From an uncultured Desulfarculus sp. (GTDB taxonomy: Bacteria > Desulfobacterota > Desulfarculia > Desulfarculales > Desulfarculaceae), in assembly GCA_963665125.2 (NCBI GenBank), contig CAXXUK010000001.1, forward strand, positions 1,248,001 through 1,312,000: a stretch of DNA of 64,000 bases. Direction: 5' to 3'. Positions 57,550-64,000 of this stretch are shown here, piece after piece. The notes beneath the pieces were generated by a model. The model did no database searches and was not told the origin of the DNA. It saw only the letters and a program-made list of their open reading frames with translations. A program made the position numbers and the translations under genes. Numbering within the stretch: position 1 is the first letter of the stretch; each line of letters begins with the position of its first letter.

Positions 57550-58626
57550 ATGCGCTCTTCTGGTATCAAAATCGCCATCATCGCTGCCGGAGTCGTGATT
57601 CTGGCCGTACTCATCGCCTACATGGGCGGTATGCTCAATTTCTCCGCAGTAGAGCCAGGCAAGGCCTCGCCGCCGCCGCCGGATGTGAGCCAAGCCCTCA
57701 CCGAAGCCAAGGCGGCGGTGGAGACATGGCCCGAGTATTTCGAGGCCGTGGGCACCATCCGCCCCCGCACCGAGACAAGGATCGAGGCCCAGGTTAGCGC
57801 CAAGGTCTTGCAGGTCAAGGTGCGCCCAGGCGACGTGGTCGAACAGGGCAAATTGCTGGTGATGCTCGATGACCAACAATACGAGGCCCGCCTGGGCCAG
57901 GCCAGGCAGGAGCTCAGCGCGGCCAAGGCGGCCCTGGTGCTGGCCGAGGCCGACTACGGCCGCATCAAGCGCCTGTATGAACGCAACGCCGCACCCAAGC
58001 AGGACTTGGACCGCAAGACCGAAAATCTCAAACGCAGCCAGGCCATGGTCATCAGGGCCGAACGGGCAGCGGAAGAAGCAGAACTGGCCCTGGGCTACAC
58101 CCGCATCAAGGCCACCGAGGCGGGCCAGATCACCCAGCGGCTTATCGAGCCGGGCGACATCGCCCTGCCCGGCCGCACTCTGCTGGTCCTGGAGACAGGC
58201 GGAGCCATGCGTTTGGAGGCCCTGGTGCGGGAGGGGCTCATCGAAAAGGTCCGCCTGGGCCAGGAACTCACCGTGTCCATCCCCTCCCTTGGGCGAGACA
58301 TCATTGGCCGGGTGGAGGAAATCGTGCCCTCGGCCGACCCCCAGACCAGGACATTTTTGGTCAAGGCGGTTTTGCCCAAGGCCGAAGGGCTGTATTCGGG
58401 CATGTTCGGACGCCTGCTGATCCCTGCCGGTGAGCACAAGGTCGTCACCGCGCCCAGAGCCGCCATAGCCAGGGTGGGCCAATTGGAGACCGTGCTGATA
58501 AAAAACGGCGAGGGCTGGACCAGGGCCTATGTGACCACGGGCCGCGTCTCCGGCGGCCGGGTCGAGGTCCTCTCCGGCCTCAAGGGAGATGAAACCCTGG
58601 GCCTGGGGGGCGCGGCCAATGAATGA
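57550..58626 (+). CDS. RND efflux periplasmic adaptor (MFP)
   Basis: N-terminal TM, V.PGD.V..G..L..LD, coiled coil, PSADPQTRTF.VK, GMFGR, VEVLSGL. Confidence 0.93.
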   Translation: MRSSGIKIAIIAAGVVILAVLIAYMGGMLNFSAVEPGKASPPPPDVSQALTEAKAAVETWPEYFEAVGTIRPRTETRIEAQVSAKVLQVKVRPGDVVEQGKLLVMLDDQQYEARLGQARQELSAAKAALVLAEADYGRIKRLYERNAAPKQDLDRKTENLKRSQAMVIRAERAAEEAELALGYTRIKATEAGQITQRLIEPGDIALPGRTLLVLETGGAMRLEALVREGLIEKVRLGQELTVSIPSLGRDIIGRVEEIVPSADPQTRTFLVKAVLPKAEGLYSGMFGRLLIPAGEHKVVTAPRAAIARVGQLETVLIKNGEGWTRAYVTTGRVSGGRVEVLSGLKGDETLGLGGAANE

Positions 58627-61600
58627 TCCCGCGGCAGCCCCTGTAAAAATGGGTCTGGTCGCCAAAATGGTGCGGCCGTTCCTGGAATCCCAGCTGGCCA
58701 TTCTGCTGATCATCCTGGCCGTCGGACTGGGCCTGATCGCCGTTCTCTCCACGGCCAGGGAGGAAGACCCCCAGATAGTCGTGCCCATGGCCGACGTGTT
58801 CGTAAATGCGCCGGGGGCCAGCGCCGAGGAAATGGAAAAACTGGTGGCCACGCCCCTGGAGCGCCTGCTGTGGCAGATAGACGGCGTTGAGCATGTCTAT
58901 TCCATGAGCATGCCCGGCCAGGCAGTGGTCACGGTGCGTTTCTACGTGGGCCAGGACCGCGAAAGGTCCCTGGTCAAGTTGCACAACCGCATCATGATGA
59001 ACCAGGACGCGGCCCCGGCCCTGGTGACAGGCTGGGTCGTCAAGCCGGTTGAGATCGACGATGTGCCCATCGTCTCGCTGACCCTGCATTCACTGGAGCA
59101 CGACAGCCACCAGCTGAGGCGCGTTGCCGAGGAGCTTATGGCCCGGCTGGCCGAAACGCCGGACATCAGCCGCAGCGTGGTCATCGGCGGCAGGCCCAGG
59201 GAAGTGCGCGTGGAGCTGGACTCCCGGCTCATGTCCGGATTCGGCGTAACCACCGTTGAGGTGCAGCGGGCCCTGCAAGGTGCCGACGCCTCCCTCAAGG
59301 CCGGCCTCTTTGACCGGGCGGACACGCAATATGAACTGACAAGCGACTCCTTTTTGACCGATCCGCGCCAGGTGTCCGACCTGGTGGTGGGCGTGCACAA
59401 CGGCCGCCCGGTTTACCTGCGCGATATCGCCGCCATCATCGACGGCCCCAGGGAGCCGGACAACTACACCCGCATCGGCTTTGGCACGGACTACCTCCAA
59501 AGCCGGGGCAAACCGGCGGGCCAGTGGTCCAGCCCGGCGGTGACCATCGCCCTTTCCAAAAAGAAAGGCACCAACGCCGTCACCGTGGCAGATGAGATCA
59601 TCCGCAGGACAGAGCGGTTGCAGCGCGAGGTGGTACCCAGGGGCATGGAGGTCCGAGTCACCCGCAACTACGGCCAGACCGCCCAGACAAAGTCCGACGA
59701 ACTGATAAGTTCCCTGGTCTTCGCCGTGATCACGGTGGTGGCCCTGTTGGCTTTTTCCTTGGGCTGGCGCGAGGCCCTGGTCGTTGCCGTGGCCGTGCCC
59801 TTGTCGTTCGCCCTGGCCCTTTTCGTCAACTATCTGTTCGGCTACACCATCAACCGGGTGACCATGTTCGCCCTGATCCTGTCCCTGGGCCTGGTGGTGG
59901 ACGACCCCATCACCAATGTGGACAACATCCAGCGTCATATCCTCATGGGCCGCAAACGACCGCTGTTGGCCACCCTGGACGCCGTGCAGGAAGTCCTACC
60001 GCCGGTGATCATGTCCACCCTGGCCATCATCATCTGTTTCACGCCCATGTTTTTCATCACCGGCATGATGGGCCCCTATATGGCGCCCATGGCCGTCAAC
60101 GTGCCGCTAACGGTGACGTTCTCCACCCTCTGGGCCCTGACCGTGGTGCCGTGGCTTTGCTACAAGCTCTTGCGCCGCCGTTCGCCCACGCTCGACCCCC
60201 AGGCCACCGCCCAGATGCTCAAGGACCGGGGCCGCGACGTGGTCAATCCCCACGTACGCAAGTTTTTCCACAAAATGGTCTCGCCGTTTTTGGACTCGCG
60301 AACCATGCGCTGGGGGCTGGTTGTGGTCATTCTGTTCATGCTGGCCGGGTGCGCGTCCCTGGTGCTGTTGCGCCAGGTGCCCTTGAAGATGCTGCCCTTT
60401 GACAACAAAAACGAGTTTCAGCTTGTCCTGGACTTCCCCGAGGGAACGACCCTGGAGGCCGCCGACAAGGCAACGCACGCCTTTGAGCGCTATTTGGCCA
60501 CGGTGCCCGAAGTAACCGACTTAACCGCTTTCGTGGGCGTATCCTCGCCCATGGATTTCAACGGCATGGTCCGCCATTACTACCTGCGCAGCGGCGGCAA
60601 TGTGGCCGATATCAGGGTAAACCTGCTGCCAAAGGACCAGCGGCAACAGCAAAGCCACGAGATAGTACTGCGTCTGCGCGACGACCTGACGGCCCTTGCC
60701 GACAAATCCGGCGTGAACCTGAAAATCGTCGAAACCCCGCCCGGCCCGCCGGTGATGTCGACCATCACGGCCGAGGTCGGCGGGCCACCCAGCGCTTCCT
60801 ACGCCCAATTAATCCAGGCGGCCAAAGGCCTGGAAAAGGTGATGACCGACGAGCCCATGGTCGTGGATATCGACGACTCGGCCCAGGCCCGGCGCGCCAG
60901 GATCAACTTCGTGGTGGACAAGGAAAAGGCGGCCCTGCACGGCGTGAGCACCGGCCAGATCATCCAGACCATGCGCCTGGCCCTCAGCGGCGACACGCCG
61001 GCCCACCTGCATGTGCCCCACGAGCGCAATCAGCTGCCCGTACGCCTGATCCTGCCCCGCAAGCAGCGCTCAAGCCTCTCGGGGCTGTCCGAGACGCCTG
61101 TGAAAACAGCATCGGGCGGGGTGGTTCCCCTGGGCGAACTGGGCCGGTTTGTCCAAAAGCCCGCCGAACAGGCCATCTACCACAAGGACCTGAAGCCCGT
61201 TGTCTTTGTCTATGCCGAGGTCGCCGGGCGATCTCCGGCCACGGCCATTTTGGACATGCAGTCCCAGCTTGAAAAATCGCCCCTGCCCCACGGAGCCCAG
61301 GTGGAATGGGCCGGCGAAGGCGAATGGCAGATTACATTGCGGGTGTTCCGGGATCTGGGCCTGGCCTTTGGCGCGGCGCTGATCGGCATTTACATCTTGT
61401 TGGTCCTGCAAACCGGATCGTTCTTTTTGCCACTGTTGTTGATGCTGGCCATCCCCCTAACCATTCTGGGCATCATGCCCGGTTTCTGGCTACTCAACAT
61501 TTTGGGGGCCGCGCCGGTGGGCGGTTTTCCCAACCCGGTGTTTTTCACGGCCACGTCCATGATCGGCATGATCGCCCTGGGCGGCATAGTGATTCGCAAC

Positions 61601-61867
61601 TCGCTGGTGCTCATCGAATTCATTCAGCAGTCGGTTGGGGAAGGCTTGAGTCTGCGGGAGGCGATCCTGGAAAGCGGGGCCGTGCGCCTGCGGCCCATCG
61701 TGCTCACTGCCCTGACCACGGCCCTGGGAGCCTGGCCCATCACCCTGGATCCCATCTTCTCGGGTCTGGCCTGGGCCCTGATCTTCGGCCTGCTGGCCTC
61801 CACTGCCTTTACGCTCATAGTGGTGCCGGTGGCCTATTACACCACCCAAAGCAGGCAAAGAGTTTGA
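58619..61867 (+). CDS. RND efflux permease (AcrB/AcrD/AcrF family)
   Basis: REEDPQI, GLVVDDPI, GMMGPYM, GIVIRNS, RLRPIVLTA; two large periplasmic loops. Confidence 0.95.
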   Translation: MNDPAAAPVKMGLVAKMVRPFLESQLAILLIILAVGLGLIAVLSTAREEDPQIVVPMADVFVNAPGASAEEMEKLVATPLERLLWQIDGVEHVYSMSMPGQAVVTVRFYVGQDRERSLVKLHNRIMMNQDAAPALVTGWVVKPVEIDDVPIVSLTLHSLEHDSHQLRRVAEELMARLAETPDISRSVVIGGRPREVRVELDSRLMSGFGVTTVEVQRALQGADASLKAGLFDRADTQYELTSDSFLTDPRQVSDLVVGVHNGRPVYLRDIAAIIDGPREPDNYTRIGFGTDYLQSRGKPAGQWSSPAVTIALSKKKGTNAVTVADEIIRRTERLQREVVPRGMEVRVTRNYGQTAQTKSDELISSLVFAVITVVALLAFSLGWREALVVAVAVPLSFALALFVNYLFGYTINRVTMFALILSLGLVVDDPITNVDNIQRHILMGRKRPLLATLDAVQEVLPPVIMSTLAIIICFTPMFFITGMMGPYMAPMAVNVPLTVTFSTLWALTVVPWLCYKLLRRRSPTLDPQATAQMLKDRGRDVVNPHVRKFFHKMVSPFLDSRTMRWGLVVVILFMLAGCASLVLLRQVPLKMLPFDNKNEFQLVLDFPEGTTLEAADKATHAFERYLATVPEVTDLTAFVGVSSPMDFNGMVRHYYLRSGGNVADIRVNLLPKDQRQQQSHEIVLRLRDDLTALADKSGVNLKIVETPPGPPVMSTITAEVGGPPSASYAQLIQAAKGLEKVMTDEPMVVDIDDSAQARRARINFVVDKEKAALHGVSTGQIIQTMRLALSGDTPAHLHVPHERNQLPVRLILPRKQRSSLSGLSETPVKTASGGVVPLGELGRFVQKPAEQAIYHKDLKPVVFVYAEVAGRSPATAILDMQSQLEKSPLPHGAQVEWAGEGEWQITLRVFRDLGLAFGAALIGIYILLVLQTGSFFLPLLLMLAIPLTILGIMPGFWLLNILGAAPVGGFPNPVFFTATSMIGMIALGGIVIRNSLVLIEFIQQSVGEGLSLREAILESGAVRLRPIVLTALTTALGAWPITLDPIFSGLAWALIFGLLASTAFTLIVVPVAYYTTQSRQRV

Positions 61868-61870
61868 TTG

Positions 61871-61898
61871 ATTGGGGGGCTGTAACAAGCCCCCCAAT
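61871..61898. terminator. Bidirectional terminator-like hairpin sharing arms with repeat hairpin H1
   Basis: ATTGGGGGGCT-gtaaca-AGCCCCCCAAT between convergent genes. Confidence 0.7.
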
Positions 61899-61903
61899 TT
61901 GAA

Positions 61904-63187
61904 TTAATCTTCGAAGTCCCCTGCGGGGCCCTTGTCGCTGTTGATGCCCTTGGCCATTTCGCGGATTTTCGCCTCGGTCCACTGGGCCGGGTCCTCGATG
62001 CGCCGGCCCTTGGCACCCAAATCGAAATTATTGGCTGCCAGGATGGTCTCCACGGCCAGGGGCGCGGTGTCGGCGGCATTGAACACGTCGGCGAGCAGGC
62101 CGTAGATAAAGTCTTCCACTGCTTCGGCCATGCCCTTTTGAACCGCGGCGGGCTGGCTGAGAATCTTGTTCTCAAAAGGCAGATTGAGCTTCTTGTAGTT
62201 GCCGCCCTTCCAGCCCTGCTCGGCGGCATAGGCCTTCATTTGCTCCCAGACCTCGGGGCTGACGCCCTTGCCCTGGATCTTTTTGAACTCGCCGTCTGCC
62301 AGCGCCGCATTGCCGTATTCATCGACCTCAACGCCCCAGGAAATCATCTGCAGGGCCGTGGCCACGTTGGCCTTGGTGGTGTGGGTCTCGGCGGCAATGG
62401 CCCGCAGGCGGTCGGAGTTGTTGCCGCTGGTGCCGTGCTGGGCGCCGGAAACCTTGTACGGCGTCAACGCCGCGTGAATTTCCTTGGTCAGATCCACCTG
62501 GATGCCCTGGTCGGCGGTCTGAATGCCGTGGGCCGTGCCGTTGTTGAGGGCGATCCAGTCCGGGAAGATGTCATGGGCGTTGAGGCCCTTGATCAGGAAC
62601 AGGGCCTCCTGGGCAGTGGACATGCCTTCCTTGCCCTTGATCTCGCCGACCTCGGTTTCCAGACCAGCCCAGGCCGGAACCAGTGGATTGAGGGCGATGC
62701 TGGCCAGCAGGTTTTCATCGTCGGGCAGGTGGCTGGCGTCGATGGCGATGGAGGTGATGCCCGCATCGAACATGGTGGGAATCTCCACCTGGGCCTGCTT
62801 GATGTCCTTTTCACCCTTGATGCCGTAATGGTCGGCATGGATGGCCACGGGCACGGTGATACCCATCTCGTTCATGAGCTGGTCCACGTATTTGGCCATG
62901 TTCCAATAGTTCACGGGGCAATAAGCCGAGGCGCCGCCCTCGCTCTTGGCGATCTCGATGATGATGGCCGCGTTGGCCTTTTGGGCCGCGGCCAGAGCGC
63001 CCCGGATTACCAGAGTGTTGCGGCCGTTTGCGGCGATGGTCATGGCCTTGCCTTTTTTAAGCATGGCCCGGTCGATGACCTTGCCGCTGACGATCAGCGC
63101 CCTGGAGTTGGGAAAGAGTTTGACGATGTTCGGCGGCCTGCCTACGGAAAGTGCTTTTTCAAAATCTGCTGTCGTTATGTTAGGCAT
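61904..63187 (-). CDS. fba: Class II fructose-bisphosphate aldolase
   Basis: IHADHY, IAIDASH, ETEVGEI, NNGTAHG, AQHGTSG, KANVAT; GGAGG RBS. Confidence 0.88.
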   Translation of the reverse strand: MPNITTADFEKALSVGRPPNIVKLFPNSRALIVSGKVIDRAMLKKGKAMTIAANGRNTLVIRGALAAAQKANAAIIIEIAKSEGGASAYCPVNYWNMAKYVDQLMNEMGITVPVAIHADHYGIKGEKDIKQAQVEIPTMFDAGITSIAIDASHLPDDENLLASIALNPLVPAWAGLETEVGEIKGKEGMSTAQEALFLIKGLNAHDIFPDWIALNNGTAHGIQTADQGIQVDLTKEIHAALTPYKVSGAQHGTSGNNSDRLRAIAAETHTTKANVATALQMISWGVEVDEYGNAALADGEFKKIQGKGVSPEVWEQMKAYAAEQGWKGGNYKKLNLPFENKILSQPAAVQKGMAEAVEDFIYGLLADVFNAADTAPLAVETILAANNFDLGAKGRRIEDPAQWTEAKIREMAKGINSDKGPAGDFED

Positions 63188-63309
63188 ACGGGTTATCCTC
63201 CCATAAGATAAGAAAAGAGCATATTGAGCCGGCGCCAAGACGCCTATGGAAAGGCATCAGCGTCAACGGTTCTAACGCTGATCATACTACAATCGACCGG
63301 GGGACCAAA

Positions 63310-64000
63310 ATGAGAATTCTGTTGTATGCGGGCAAAGGAGGCGTAGGCAAAACCAGCGTGGCCGCGGCAACCGGTGTTGTGGCGGCCCGGCGGGGTCAAA
63401 AAACCCTGGTCATGAGCCTGGACCCGGCCCACAGTCTCAGCGACGTATTCGACCTTGACATATCCTTGATGGACAAAAACAAAGGCAAGCCCAACGAGGT
63501 TGCCGAAAACCTGTGGATCCAAGAGCTGGATATCCATGAAGAAATAGTGGACCACTGGGGAGAGGTGCACAAGTATCTTTCCCAGCTTCTGGCCACCACC
63601 GGAGTTGACGACGTACTGGCCGAGGAACTGGCCGTGTTGCCGGGCATGGAAGAGGTCAGCGCCCTGTTGCATATAAACCGCTATTACAACCAGGAAGCCT
63701 ATGACCTGGTAATCTTGGACTGCGCGCCCACGGCCGAATCCCTGCGTTTCATCAGCCTGCCCCAGACCCTGGACTGGTACATGAGCAAAGTCTTCCGCCT
63801 GGAGCGCAATATCGTCAAACTCGCCCGGCCCGTGGCCAAACGTTTCTATGACGTGCCCCTGCCCGAAGACCGCATGTTCGACTCCATCGAGCGCATGCAC
63901 CAGCGCCTGCACGGGGCCGACAACCTGCTCACCAACATGGAAACAACCTCGGTGCGCCTGGTCTGCAACCCGGAAAAGATGGTCCTGCGGGAGACACAGC
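63310..64000 (+). CDS. ArsA/GET3 family ATPase, truncated by the window end (missing from the ORF track)
   Basis: MRILLYAGKGGVGKTS, MSLDPAHSLSD, LPGMEE, LDCAPTAE, LVCNPEKMV. Confidence 0.92.
   Translation, partial: MRILLYAGKGGVGKTSVAAATGVVAARRGQKTLVMSLDPAHSLSDVFDLDISLMDKNKGKPNEVAENLWIQELDIHEEIVDHWGEVHKYLSQLLATTGVDDVLAEELAVLPGMEEVSALLHINRYYNQEAYDLVILDCAPTAESLRFISLPQTLDWYMSKVFRLERNIVKLARPVAKRFYDVPLPEDRMFDSIERMHQRLHGADNLLTNMETTSVRLVCNPEKMVLRETQ

Overview
A 64-kb GC-rich bacterial chromosome segment. Gene content suggests a Desulfobacterota/Deltaproteobacteria anaerobe, probably Desulfarculaceae-like (inference). Most of it is housekeeping: gatCA, pgi, rarA, rpsU, the xseA-M23-xseB-ispA-dxs-tlyA cluster, an rlmD-like methyltransferase, nth, a cyclophilin, a radical SAM-RNase G operon, an RND pump, a class II aldolase and a truncated ArsA/GET3-type ATPase. 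The accessory material is mainly in the first 21 kb: (1) an AT-rich four-gene cassette (16267-18596) built like a polymorphic membrane toxin plus two paralogous 3-TM immunity-like genes and an upstream partner, with no recognisable delivery domain, which is the best candidate for an undescribed system; (2) a dispersed multi-hairpin repeat family (about 4790, 20545 and 57154) with conserved architecture, compensatory stem changes and GNA-type triloops; (3) a large exported protein with an N-terminal beta-barrel and C-terminal passenger, resembling an inverse autotransporter; (4) an intact IS481-family element with a 7-bp target duplication; (5) an orphan gene behind a sigma28-type promoter. I recognised no rRNA, tRNA or CRISPR array. 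All calls are made by eye from motifs; no database searches were run.
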